From: an uncultured Aestuariivirga sp.
Lineage (GTDB): Bacteria; Pseudomonadota; Alphaproteobacteria; Rhizobiales; Aestuariivirgaceae
DNA length: 64,000 nt
Assembly (NCBI GenBank): GCA_964244825.1
Contig: CAXTKL010000001.1
Span: 1,480 to 65,479, forward strand
Direction: 5' to 3'
Within the stretch, counting starts at the first letter, position 1, and every line of letters begins with the position of its first letter. Below, piece after piece: positions 1 to 9,499 of this stretch. The notes beneath the pieces were generated by a model. It ran no database searches, was not told the DNA's origin, and saw only the letters and a program-made list of their open reading frames with translations. Both the position numbers and the translations under genes were made by a program.

Positions 1-1
1 C

Positions 2-52
2 GACCTCATGGGTCTGTGGACCGATGAGATGGTGAACTGGGTGATGGCATGA
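2..52 (+). CDS. 3' end of an upstream gene (partial, unknown function)
   Basis: Open frame DLMGLWTDEMVNWVMA* ends in a TGA that overlaps the kinase ATG (ATGA at 49-52), which suggests translational coupling. Confidence 0.55.
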   Translation, partial: DLMGLWTDEMVNWVMA

Positions 53-1560
53 CGAAGAATCTGGTCATCGGTGTGGATTGCTCGACCACGGCAGCCAAGG
101 CCGTGGTGTGGGATCGCACGGGCAAGGCGCTTGCCACGGGCCGCCGCAGCTATGGGCTTGATCATGTGCGTTCGGGCTGGGTGGAACAGAACGCGGCGGA
201 TTGGTGGGCATCGACGTCGGTTGCCATTGCCGATGCCGTGGCACAGGTGGACGCGAGCCGCATTGCTGCACTGGCCGTGACGCATCAGCGCGAAACCTTT
301 GTGTGTCTGGACAAGGACGGCAAGGCCATTCGCCCGGCCATGACCTGGATGGATGTGCGCGCCAATGCCGAGGTTGAGGAGTTCGGTTCAGAGGATGTGC
401 ATCGCATCACCGGCAAACCACCCAATCCCACACCCGCCTGGTACAAGCTGTTGTGGTTGAAGAAACATGAGCCGGAAACCATTGCCCGCAGCGCCCATGT
501 GGTGGATGTGGCGGGCTATCTGGTGCAGAAACTCACGGGCGAATGGGCCACATCCTGGGCCTGTGCTGATCCGCTGGGGTTGGTTGATCTCAAAGGTTTT
601 GATTACGACGACACGCTGCTGGAGATGGCAGGGCTTGATCGCAGCAAGGTGAGCCGCCTCTTGCCGCCCGGCGCTGTTGCAGGCGAGATCAGTGCTGCTG
701 TCGCCAAGACGCTGGGGCTTCCCAGGGGCCTGCCCATTGTGGTGGGTGCGGGTGATGGTCAATCGGCGGGTCTTGGTTGCAATGTCACACGGCCGGGCCG
801 CGCCTATCTCAACATCGGCACGGGCACCGTATCCGGTGTCTATGCGGACAGTTACAGCCACGCCAAGGCCTATCGCACCATGGGCGGGCCGGTGCCCGGC
901 ACTTATATTCTCGAAACCTTTATCGGTGGTGGCACACAGAACATCACCTGGTTTGTCGCGGAAATCTCAGGCCTTGAAGACAAGCGGCTGAAACCCGGTG
1001 TAACGCCGATGCAAATCCTGGAAGATGCGGCGGCACAGATTCCCGAGGGTGCAGAAAAACTGCTGTGCCTGCCCTATTGGACGGGTGCCATGACACCCTA
1101 TTGGGATGGCCATGCGCGGGGTGCCTATGTCGGGTTGTCGGGTTTGCACGGCAAGGCGCATATGTACCGTGCCATACTGGAATCGCTGGCGCTGGAAGAA
1201 CGGCTGCTGGTGGGCGGCGTTGAAGCTGTTACGTCACGCAAGATTGACGAGATCATTGTGCTGGGCGGTGGTGCGCGAAGCCCGCTGTGGTGCCAGATCA
1301 TCGCCAACGTTCTGGGCCGCACCGTGAAGCTGGCGCGGGAACAGGAAAGCACGGCTTTGGGGGCGGGCATTCATGCGGCTGCGGCAGCCGGACTGTACAA
1401 GGATATTCGCGCCGCAGCCGATGCCATGACAGGCGTTGAGAAAAGTTTTGCGCCCGATGGTGAATCGCACGCGCGTTACGGAGATATTTTCGAAGCCTAC
1501 CGCAGCATCTATCCCGGTCTGAAAGAATCTTTTCGTTTGATGGCGGAGAAGATGCCATGA
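49..1560 (+). CDS. FGGY-family carbohydrate kinase (xylulokinase-like)
   Basis: N-terminal IGVDCSTTAAKA, GWVEQNAADWW, THQRET, GAGDGQS, GGGARS and TALGA motifs. Confidence 0.93.
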   Translation: MTKNLVIGVDCSTTAAKAVVWDRTGKALATGRRSYGLDHVRSGWVEQNAADWWASTSVAIADAVAQVDASRIAALAVTHQRETFVCLDKDGKAIRPAMTWMDVRANAEVEEFGSEDVHRITGKPPNPTPAWYKLLWLKKHEPETIARSAHVVDVAGYLVQKLTGEWATSWACADPLGLVDLKGFDYDDTLLEMAGLDRSKVSRLLPPGAVAGEISAAVAKTLGLPRGLPIVVGAGDGQSAGLGCNVTRPGRAYLNIGTGTVSGVYADSYSHAKAYRTMGGPVPGTYILETFIGGGTQNITWFVAEISGLEDKRLKPGVTPMQILEDAAAQIPEGAEKLLCLPYWTGAMTPYWDGHARGAYVGLSGLHGKAHMYRAILESLALEERLLVGGVEAVTSRKIDEIIVLGGGARSPLWCQIIANVLGRTVKLAREQESTALGAGIHAAAAAGLYKDIRAAADAMTGVEKSFAPDGESHARYGDIFEAYRSIYPGLKESFRLMAEKMP

Positions 1561-2555
1561 AGAAGCCTGCAACCGCTCGCTTCACGCGCCTCGATATGCA
1601 GCAGATGCGCTTGATCACGCGGGTGGCCCGCCTGCATCACATGCAGGGTTTGCGGCAGAGTGAAATTGCCGAGACGCTTGATATTTCCCAAGCCAGTGTT
1701 TCGCGCTTTCTGGCGCTGGCCCAGGAACAAGGCATTGTGCGCACCATTGTGGTGCCGCCGGAAGGACTTTATCCCGAACTCGAAGATACATTGGCGGCGG
1801 CCTATGGGTTGCAAGCAGTGTATGTCGTGGATATCACCGCGCGGGAAAGTGGCATTGAACTGATCCTGGGTGCGGCTGCCGCGCAATGCCTGGCAGGCGA
1901 ATTCAATGATGGTCCCATTCTTGGTCTCACCTCGTGGAGCGCCACCCTGCGCGAAATGGCGAGGCTGATGACGCCGCAAAGCACGACCAACATCACGCGT
2001 GTTGTCGAGTTGCTGGGAGACCTTGGTTCGCCGCGGCTGCAGCACGAAGCAGCGTTGGCGACGCAGCAGGTGGCACGGGCCTTTGATGCGGAAGCGGTCT
2101 ACTTGCGCACACCGGGTGTTATGCCAAATGCAGAACTGCGCAAGAGCGCTCTGGCTGACGCCCATGTGAAGTCCGCGCTGAAGTTGATGGATGATGTTGA
2201 TGTGGCCCTTGTTGGCGTCGGTCCTGCGGATTTTCATGGTCCGCTGGAGGCTGGTGATAATTTTTTTACAGCACAGCAATTGGCCGAGGTGCGTGCGGCA
2301 GGAGCCGTGGGGCAATTGCATCAACGCTTCATCAATGCGGCAGGCGAAGCCGTTGCCACACCGCTCGACGATCAGGTGATCGGCATCACCCTGGCGCAAT
2401 TGCGCAGGGTGGGGCGCAAGATTGTTGTGGGCGGGGGCACTGGAAAACACGCAGCCCTGGCAGCCGCCCTTGCCGGACACTGGATTGATGTGCTGGTGAC
2501 GGATGTGAACACGGCAAATTATTTGATGGCACAAAGCCAGAAAGGAAAACCATGA
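1557..2555 (+). CDS. SorC/DeoR-family sugar-binding transcriptional regulator
   Basis: N-terminal HTH (QSEIAETLDISQASVSRFL) plus sugar-binding domain (VALVGVG, GAVG, VLVTD); ATGA overlap with the kinase. Confidence 0.92.
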   Translation: MKKPATARFTRLDMQQMRLITRVARLHHMQGLRQSEIAETLDISQASVSRFLALAQEQGIVRTIVVPPEGLYPELEDTLAAAYGLQAVYVVDITARESGIELILGAAAAQCLAGEFNDGPILGLTSWSATLREMARLMTPQSTTNITRVVELLGDLGSPRLQHEAALATQQVARAFDAEAVYLRTPGVMPNAELRKSALADAHVKSALKLMDDVDVALVGVGPADFHGPLEAGDNFFTAQQLAEVRAAGAVGQLHQRFINAAGEAVATPLDDQVIGITLAQLRRVGRKIVVGGGTGKHAALAAALAGHWIDVLVTDVNTANYLMAQSQKGKP

Positions 2556-3538
2556 CACCTGCAAATGACTTTTTGCTCGAGATGCAGCGGCGCATGTTGC
2601 GTATCCGCTATTTCGACGAACGCGCCTCCAAGATGGTGAAGCGCGGTGAAATTCCGGGCACTGTGCACACCTCCATTGGACAGGAGGCGCAAGTTGTGGG
2701 TGCCACCATGGCCTTGGGTGAGGGTGACTACATGACCGGCAATCACCGCAGCCATGGCCACCCGATTGGCAAAGGGGCGGCACTGGGACCGCTGATGGCA
2801 GAACTTGTGGGCAAGGCCTGGGGTGTATGCAGTGGCAAGGGTGGTTCCATGCATCTGGCTGATTTCAAAGTCGGTAGCCTCGGTGAATCCGGCATTGTCG
2901 GGTCGTCGATTCCGATTTGCGTCGGCGCAGCCTTGTCAAGCAAGGTGCTGGGCCGCAACACCGTGTCTCTCGCTTTCTTTGGTGATGGTGCGGCCAATCA
3001 GGGCTGTCTCTATGAGGCGATGAATTTGTCTTCCGTGTGGAAATTGCCGATCATCTTCCTGTGCGAGAACAATCAATACGCATTGTCGACCCCGGCACAT
3101 ACGGTGACGGCGGGCAAGATTTCGGATCGCGCCACGGGTTTCAACATGCCGGGTGTGCGCGTGGAAGACGGGCAGAGCGTGCTCACGGTGTATGACGCCG
3201 TGAAGGCGGCCGTTGACCGTGCGCGCGCAGGCGAAGGCCCGAGTCTTGTGGAAGTGATGACCTATCGTTTCAATGAGCACTCCGAGGGTTTGCGGCTTGC
3301 GGTGGATTATCGTGACGCAGACATCAAGGCCGCCTGGCTGAAGCGTGATCCGATCAAATTGTTCCGTGAGTATCTGGTGCAACAGGGTGTTGCCGATGCT
3401 GCCACCATGGACGGTCTTGAGGCGGAGGTCATGGCGGAGGTGGATGCCTCCGTGCAATTTGCCAATGACAGTCCGTTCCCGGACCCTTCAGTGGCCTTCA
3501 AAGACATTTACAGCAATACCGTGGGAGGCGTGCAATGA
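2552..3538 (+). CDS. TPP-dependent dehydrogenase E1 alpha subunit (AcoA/PdhA-like)
   Basis: HTSIGQEA, HRSHGH, GKGGSMH and the TPP motif FGDGAANQG...ENNQY. Confidence 0.93.
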   Translation: MTPANDFLLEMQRRMLRIRYFDERASKMVKRGEIPGTVHTSIGQEAQVVGATMALGEGDYMTGNHRSHGHPIGKGAALGPLMAELVGKAWGVCSGKGGSMHLADFKVGSLGESGIVGSSIPICVGAALSSKVLGRNTVSLAFFGDGAANQGCLYEAMNLSSVWKLPIIFLCENNQYALSTPAHTVTAGKISDRATGFNMPGVRVEDGQSVLTVYDAVKAAVDRARAGEGPSLVEVMTYRFNEHSEGLRLAVDYRDADIKAAWLKRDPIKLFREYLVQQGVADAATMDGLEAEVMAEVDASVQFANDSPFPDPSVAFKDIYSNTVGGVQ

Positions 3539-4548
3539 CTGTGACCAGTTATCTCGGTGCCATTGGCATGGCACAGCGTGAGGCCATGGAGGCTGATCCG
3601 CGCGTGATCATCATGGGCGAAGACGTGGAGGCCAATGTCTATGGCACCATGGGCGGCGGCAAATCCCGCGCCGACAAGGGCGACTTCTTGCAGATGTTTG
3701 GTGCCAACCGCATTCGCAACACGCCGATTTCCGAGGAGGTGATGGTGGGTGCTGCGGCAGGGGCTGCGATGACCGGACTTCGGCCCATTGTCGATCTGTC
3801 CTATTCCACATTCCTCTACATGGCCATGGACCAGCTCATCAATCAGGTGGCGAAGAGCCGCTATATGTTTGGTGGCCAGGCTTCACTGCCCGTCGTGTTC
3901 CGCTCCGCCATGTTTTATGGCCTGAGCACGGCTGCCCATCACTCTGATCGCCCTTACCCCATGTTCATGAACATGCCGGGCCTCAAGATCATGGTGCCAG
4001 CCACACCCACCGACGCCAAGGGCCTGTTGCGCACCGCCATCGACATGGATGATCCCGTCTTGTCCTTCGAGGCCTGCATGCTGTGGGGCACGAAGGAGGA
4101 TGTGGAAGACGGCGAATTCCGCATTCCCTTTGGTGTGGCACGGACTGTGCGACAGGGCACGGATGTCACACTCGTTGCGATTTCCTCGGCGGTTCCTCAA
4201 AGCGTGCTTGCCGCACAGAAACTGGAAGCAGAGGGCATATCTGTGGAGATCATTGATCCCCGCACCTTGGTGCCTTTTGACTCACAGGCTGTACTGAATT
4301 CCGTTGTACGCACGGGCCGCCTGGTGATTGCAGACCCTGCCAACAAGACCTGTGGTGCTGCGGCTGAAATTTCCGCCATCGTTGCTGAAGAAGCCTTTGA
4401 CTGTCTGAAAGCGCCGATCATGCGGGTGACAACACCCGACACCCATATTCCCTTCAGCCCTGCGCTGGAAAAACAACTTTATCCCAATGCCGAAAAAATC
4501 GCTGATGCGGTTCGCAAAGCGGTCGGCACCAAACCGAGAGGACATTGA
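3535..4548 (+). CDS. TPP-dependent dehydrogenase E1 beta subunit (AcoB/PdhB-like)
   Basis: IMGEDV, RNTPISE, GLRPIV, AAHHS, EIIDPRTLVPFD and LKAPIMRV motifs. Confidence 0.93.
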   Translation: MTVTSYLGAIGMAQREAMEADPRVIIMGEDVEANVYGTMGGGKSRADKGDFLQMFGANRIRNTPISEEVMVGAAAGAAMTGLRPIVDLSYSTFLYMAMDQLINQVAKSRYMFGGQASLPVVFRSAMFYGLSTAAHHSDRPYPMFMNMPGLKIMVPATPTDAKGLLRTAIDMDDPVLSFEACMLWGTKEDVEDGEFRIPFGVARTVRQGTDVTLVAISSAVPQSVLAAQKLEAEGISVEIIDPRTLVPFDSQAVLNSVVRTGRLVIADPANKTCGAAAEISAIVAEEAFDCLKAPIMRVTTPDTHIPFSPALEKQLYPNAEKIADAVRKAVGTKPRGH

Positions 4549-4551
4549 GCA

Positions 4552-4794
4552 ATGGCAAACATCAAAGTGCTGCTTCCACAATGGGGCATGGGCATGAGCG
4601 AAGGCAAAATCGTCAAATGGCTGAAAGCCGTTGGCGATACCGTGAAGGAAGACGAGCCGCTGGCTGAAATTGAAGCCGAGAAGACGACGGAAACCTTGGA
4701 GTCTCCGGCCTCCGGCGTGCTGACAGAAATTCTGCATGGCGAGGATTCAGTTCTCGAAGTGCGCACACCCATTGCCGTTATCAAAATTTCTTAA
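4552..4794 (+). CDS. stand-alone lipoyl-domain protein (80 aa)
   Basis: LPQWGMGMSEGKIVKWLKAVGDTVKEDEPLAEIEAEKT...ESPASG is an E2-type lipoyl domain with the attachment Lys in EAEK; clean stop, no catalytic domain follows. Confidence 0.9.
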   Translation: MANIKVLLPQWGMGMSEGKIVKWLKAVGDTVKEDEPLAEIEAEKTTETLESPASGVLTEILHGEDSVLEVRTPIAVIKIS

Positions 4795-4806
4795 GAGGAC
4801 TTTGTT

Positions 4807-5652
4807 ATGCCCTGGGCCAATCCTAGAAAACTGATCGATGCTGCACGCAAAGGCAAATATGCTGTGGGTGCATTCAACATGCACAATGTCGAAACCACCG
4901 AAGCGCTTGTGATGGCAGCTGAACAGGCGAAAGCCCCCGTGTTCCTGCAGGTGGGCCGCGCCATTGTGCCCCACATGGGTGTGAAACGCGCCTTTGAAAT
5001 GACCAAGCGTATTGCTGAAAATTCCGACGCGCAGTTCGTGATCCATCTGGACCACGGCCCATGGGACGAATGCATTGAAGCCATCAAGCTGGGCTTCAAT
5101 TCCATCATGTGTGACTTCGCCCATCTGCCGTTTGCAGACAATATCGCCAAGACAAAACGCATCGTCGACATCGCCCATGATTTTGGCATTCCGGTTGAAG
5201 CCGAACTTGGCAAGATTCCCGATGTGGGCGAAAGCGTGAACTGGGAGGATTATTACACCACGGTTGAAGAAGCCCAGCGCTTCGTGGCTGAAACCGGTGT
5301 TGACTATCTCGCCATTTCTGTTGGCATTGTACATGGTGTCATCCCCGGTTTGAAGCCTGAACCGCTGTCGATCAAACGCACGCTGGAAATCCGTGATGTG
5401 ACGGGCATACCGCTGGTGTTGCACGGGGCGTCCGGCGTTCCAGAAGACGAGATTCACGCCGCCAAGGCTGCGGGTGTGCACAAGTTCAATGCCGACACGG
5501 ATCTGCGCCATCTGTTCCGGCAGGGCATGCTGGATGTGTGGGCCAAGGGTGACTACCAGTTGGAAGAGGCCATGGCCGAAGGCAGGACGCGCATGATCGC
5601 TGGCGCCATCGAGAAGATGAAGCTCTATGGTTGTGCGGGCAAGGCTGCGTGA
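4807..5652 (+). CDS. class II (Zn) ketose-bisphosphate aldolase (Fba/GatY/IolJ family)
   Basis: YAVGAFN, IHLDHG, VEAELG, GIVHG and PLVLHGASG motifs. Confidence 0.92.
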   Translation: MPWANPRKLIDAARKGKYAVGAFNMHNVETTEALVMAAEQAKAPVFLQVGRAIVPHMGVKRAFEMTKRIAENSDAQFVIHLDHGPWDECIEAIKLGFNSIMCDFAHLPFADNIAKTKRIVDIAHDFGIPVEAELGKIPDVGESVNWEDYYTTVEEAQRFVAETGVDYLAISVGIVHGVIPGLKPEPLSIKRTLEIRDVTGIPLVLHGASGVPEDEIHAAKAAGVHKFNADTDLRHLFRQGMLDVWAKGDYQLEEAMAEGRTRMIAGAIEKMKLYGCAGKAA

Positions 5653-6356
5653 AAGACGCGTTTCCAGGCCGTTTTCAACTGATTGATGATATGGCTTTGC
5701 CTGCGAAGGCGCGTCCGTCAGCTGTGGAATATGCTGTTTGGGTGAAAGAAAAATTGGCGTCATTGCTGCCAGGCGATGACGCCATTTTGCGCTTTCGCCG
5801 CCCGCCACCCACGGCTGCTTTTTCGCCGCAGGACACCACCCACCCGGATTACGAGCGCATCAAGGAACAGACCCGCGCCCATGGCTTTGAACCCATTGAG
5901 CGCGGCACCGGCGGCAGACTCACCATATTTGACGAACATGCGCTGGCCGTCACGCTGATCTGGCCACATCCGGAACCGCATGCCCACACGATTAGACGGT
6001 ATGACATTTTTTCCGGCATTATTGCAGACGCCTTGAAGTCACTGGGCATCGACGCACGTGTGGGTGAATTACCAAATGAATATTGCCCCGGAAAATTCAG
6101 CATCAATGCAGGAGGCCAGGTGAAGCTCGTCGGCATCGCGCAACGCATGAACCGCCGCTGCGTGCAGATGGGGGCGATCATTGCCGTGGAGCGTTCGGAG
6201 AAGGCATGTTCTGCAATCGGCAAAGCTTATCAATCAATGGGTTTGTCGTTCGATCCAGAGACCTATGGCGCTGTTACGGAACTGGTGACCGGTTTGACTT
6301 ACGACAAAGCGCGCAGCGAAATTCGTCACGCCGTCGCAGCCGCTTTTGCGTTTTGA
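5649..6356 (+). CDS. lipoate ligase-family protein, LipL-like lipoyl/octanoyl amidotransferase
   Basis: RGTGG and GELPNEYCPGKFSINAGGQVKLVGIAQR match the LipL-type YCPG...K..GI.QR signature; likely start is GTG 5649, overlapping the aldolase TGA. Confidence 0.78.
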   Translation: MKDAFPGRFQLIDDMALPAKARPSAVEYAVWVKEKLASLLPGDDAILRFRRPPPTAAFSPQDTTHPDYERIKEQTRAHGFEPIERGTGGRLTIFDEHALAVTLIWPHPEPHAHTIRRYDIFSGIIADALKSLGIDARVGELPNEYCPGKFSINAGGQVKLVGIAQRMNRRCVQMGAIIAVERSEKACSAIGKAYQSMGLSFDPETYGAVTELVTGLTYDKARSEIRHAVAAAFAF

Positions 6357-6581
6357 AAATTGCGGCGCGATGGTAAGGACGGAACAGCCTGATTGCGTCA
6401 GGCAAATCATGCTCAGGCGCTTCAGTCATTTTACATCCTTAATATTTTCTTGACGTGATGTTGACAGGTTGCGTGCATCTGACTTTGCTCGCTATAGGCG
6501 TTCTGTGAAAGCCTTGTCGTCTTTTGGGCGGCTTGGTTGATGATGCAGTAGTTGATCACGTTTTGGAATGCGGGGAACGGC

Positions 6582-7742
6582 ATGGCACGATTGAGCTGGG
6601 GCATGATTGGCGGCGGCGAAGGCAGTCAGATTGGTCCTGTGCACCGCATCAGTTCTGCCCTCGATGGCCGTTTTGATTTAAGGGCAGGGGCGCTGGACGC
6701 TGATCCGGCAAAGGGCAAGGCCTTTGCGCGGCAGCTTGGCATTTCTGAAGATCGTGCCTATGGCGATTGGCAGGAGATGCTTGCGGGTGAACGTGACCGC
6801 AGGGACCGCATTGATCTTGTGACGGTGGCAACACCCAACGCCACACATTACGCAATTACCAAGGCCTTTCTGAATGCCGGTATTCATGTGCTGTGCGAAA
6901 AACCCATGACGGTGACCGTTGATGAGGCAGAAGACATTGCTGTCACCGCCAGAAAAACGGGCGCGATCTGCGCCGTCAATTATGGCTACACGGGTTATGC
7001 ATTGGTGCGGCACATGCGGGCCATGGTGGCGCGGGGCGATCTGGGCAAGGTGCGTCTCATTGTTGTGGAATTTTCCCACGGTTTTCACGCGGATGCGGCC
7101 GATGCCGACAATCCGCGCATGCGCTGGCGCTATGATCCGGCGCAGGCGGGTATCTCCGGCCAGTTTGCAGATTGTGGCATTCACGCGCTGCATATGGCCA
7201 GTTTTGTGTCAGGTCAAAACGCGCGCGAACTCTCGGCTGACTTTATGTCTGCCGTCGCCAGCCGCATTCTGGAAGATGATGCCATGGTCAATGTGCGCAT
7301 GGATGGCGGCGCTGTTGCAAGGCTGTGGACCAGTTCTGTGGCCGTTGGCAGTTTTCACGGGCTGAACATCCGCGTGTTTGGTGAAAAGGGCGGTTTGCGC
7401 TGGGCCCAGCAGTGGCCGGATCAACTGTTCTGGACACCTCTCAACGGACGCACGGAAACCATCGAGCGTGGCAGTGCCGGATTATCGCCAGATGCAGAGC
7501 GCGCCACACGTATTGCAACAGGCCATTCCGAGGGCATGCTTGTTGCCTTTGCGAATATCTATGCTGATCTTGCGGATGTGATCGCAGCGCGTAACAGCGG
7601 CAAGGCACCTGACACGGCGGCGCTGCATTTTCCTACGGCTGTTGATGGGCTTCGCTCGATTGCAGCGATCAAGGCCGCAGTCGAATCTGCAAAGAGCGGA
7701 GGGCAATGGACCGACGCGCGGCCACCGAGTTTGAAGGATTAG
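6582..7742 (+). CDS. Gfo/Idh/MocA-family NAD(P)-dependent oxidoreductase
   Basis: GMIGGGEGSQIG Rossmann motif, ATPNATHY, VLCEKP and DCGIH; start moved to ATG 6582. Confidence 0.92.
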   Translation: MARLSWGMIGGGEGSQIGPVHRISSALDGRFDLRAGALDADPAKGKAFARQLGISEDRAYGDWQEMLAGERDRRDRIDLVTVATPNATHYAITKAFLNAGIHVLCEKPMTVTVDEAEDIAVTARKTGAICAVNYGYTGYALVRHMRAMVARGDLGKVRLIVVEFSHGFHADAADADNPRMRWRYDPAQAGISGQFADCGIHALHMASFVSGQNARELSADFMSAVASRILEDDAMVNVRMDGGAVARLWTSSVAVGSFHGLNIRVFGEKGGLRWAQQWPDQLFWTPLNGRTETIERGSAGLSPDAERATRIATGHSEGMLVAFANIYADLADVIAARNSGKAPDTAALHFPTAVDGLRSIAAIKAAVESAKSGGQWTDARPPSLKD

Positions 7743-7764
7743 ACTGATTTTGATTTGCGGCCGA

Positions 7765-8511
7765 TCATGCCGGCACAATCTTATCGTATTGAGCACGAAC
7801 CTGCTGGGTGAGCCACATTACCGCGGCATCAAGCAGATCTTTGGCATGTTCTGGTTTATAGCGTCTGGGATCAGGGCCAACGACGCCCCAAAGCGGATGT
7901 ATGGGATCATGCCTGCCGTGTTCCCACACGTCTGCTGCTGCCAATGGTGCATCTTGCAAAGACGGAAGTCGATGCACCTGCACGAGATCTGGCCACATCG
8001 CGCCCAGCAGTGTTGTTTCGAATAGTCCGGCGTGATCAGGGGCGAGGGATAGATGTTGAATGCGGTTCACCGAGGTTGCGAAAATCCGCAACGCGTGCCC
8101 AGCCAAATTCCATTCGCTAGCGATGCGATCAACCATCTCCAACTGAGCAGGCGCGAAATGGCCAGAAAATAATACAGCAAGTTTAATGCCATTGGCCTCA
8201 AGCTGCCGTAACGTGAAGCGCAGAATGTCCTCAATGTGGTCCGGACCGGACGGAATGATCGTCCAAGGATAGGCACTGTGACCTCCACCGCAGCCATAAT
8301 ATAGCGGCGGCAAAACAATACCGCCGTCCAAGATCGCGGCACGCAGGCACAGCCCATGGGATGTCAACGCGTCAAGGCCCACTGGCAAATGTTCGCCATG
8401 CCATTCATATGTGCCGAGTGGAATATAGAAGACAGGGCGTTTCGCCACGACGTCACGCAACATCCACGGCAATTGCAATTCAAAGCGCGCACTATCAAAT
8501 TCATTCGTCAC
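7765..8511 (-). CDS. creatininase-family amidohydrolase/hydrolase
   Basis: PLGTYEWHGEHLPVGLD, SGH and DHAGLFET metal-binding motifs. Confidence 0.9.
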   Translation of the reverse strand: MTNEFDSARFELQLPWMLRDVVAKRPVFYIPLGTYEWHGEHLPVGLDALTSHGLCLRAAILDGGIVLPPLYYGCGGGHSAYPWTIIPSGPDHIEDILRFTLRQLEANGIKLAVLFSGHFAPAQLEMVDRIASEWNLAGHALRIFATSVNRIQHLSLAPDHAGLFETTLLGAMWPDLVQVHRLPSLQDAPLAAADVWEHGRHDPIHPLWGVVGPDPRRYKPEHAKDLLDAAVMWLTQQVRAQYDKIVPA

Positions 8512-9482
8512 TGATAGTAGTTCCTGACCCAGATATGCTGCTGCAATTTTACCTTTAATTCAGCTGGGAACGAGGCACCGTCGGAGTATGCGATGTTCAT
8601 ATCAACTTCATTCCGGTTCTTCATACCGGGAATTAGCGTGGACAATTGCGGCTCTGATAACACATAGCGCATGGCCGCTTCTGCCAGTGTCGAGTAATAT
8701 GGTGTGCAGATATCTTTCAATGCTTCAACGCGTTTCAGCGTCTCGGCAAAACGTTCTCCCCGGAACATTTGGTGTTGTTGTGAACCCGCTTCGAATTGCG
8801 TGTAGGACTCCGTGGTCCAGTTGCCAATCAGGGAACCGGAATCCAACGGCACGCGTGCAATGAAAGCAATGTTGGATTTTTCACCTGCTGGAAACAGCTG
8901 AAGCGCAGGGCGCTGTTCGAACATGTTGAAGATGACCTGAAAGGAATCGACGAGGCCGACGCTTGCGGCATCAATTCCTTCGTCTGGTTCGTTGTCACGC
9001 AGCGACACGCCGATGCGGTCAATCTTGCCTTCGCGCCTGAGAGTATGAAGCGTTTCCAGCCAATCGAGCTCGACAATGGCTGACGGCATGAAGCTGTGCA
9101 GTTGATAGAGATCAATGCGCTCGACACCCAAACGTTTCAACGAACCTTCTAGGTTCTCCCTGATATACCATTCCGGAAACCGTCCACGCATTTGAGGGGC
9201 AGGGTCGTCGGGGCGAGGCCACTGTATGGGGCGCAGTTTTGTCGCCACGTAAATCTTGGAACCTGACCAAGTTTTCAAGGCTCGCCCGATCACCGTTTCT
9301 GAATGACCATTGCCATAAAGCTCAGCTGTATCAACGAAATTGATACCCTGATCGAAAGCATAATGCAGTGTGTCAATGGAATGCGCGTCATCGACCCTGC
9401 CCCAGTCACCGCCAAGCTGCCACGCGCCAAATCCGATTTCACTGACCTGCCACCCCGTGCGGCCAAATGTGCGATAGTGCAT
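8508..9482 (-). CDS. aldo/keto reductase
   Basis: YRTFGRTGWQVSEIGFGAW, DTAELYG, SLKRLGVERIDLYQLH and IPGMKN; start moved to ATG 9482. Confidence 0.93.
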   Translation of the reverse strand: MHYRTFGRTGWQVSEIGFGAWQLGGDWGRVDDAHSIDTLHYAFDQGINFVDTAELYGNGHSETVIGRALKTWSGSKIYVATKLRPIQWPRPDDPAPQMRGRFPEWYIRENLEGSLKRLGVERIDLYQLHSFMPSAIVELDWLETLHTLRREGKIDRIGVSLRDNEPDEGIDAASVGLVDSFQVIFNMFEQRPALQLFPAGEKSNIAFIARVPLDSGSLIGNWTTESYTQFEAGSQQHQMFRGERFAETLKRVEALKDICTPYYSTLAEAAMRYVLSEPQLSTLIPGMKNRNEVDMNIAYSDGASFPAELKVKLQQHIWVRNYYQ

Positions 9483-9499
9483 GCGTTGTATTTCCAATT

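Noticed and set aside
1509-2783. 424-aa minus-strand ORF (likewise 4747-5808, 15592-16455, 22629-23654, 28287-29456, 33539-34420 and 45602-46678)
   Set aside because: These are antisense shadows of well-supported genes in GC-rich DNA and carry no recognisable motifs.
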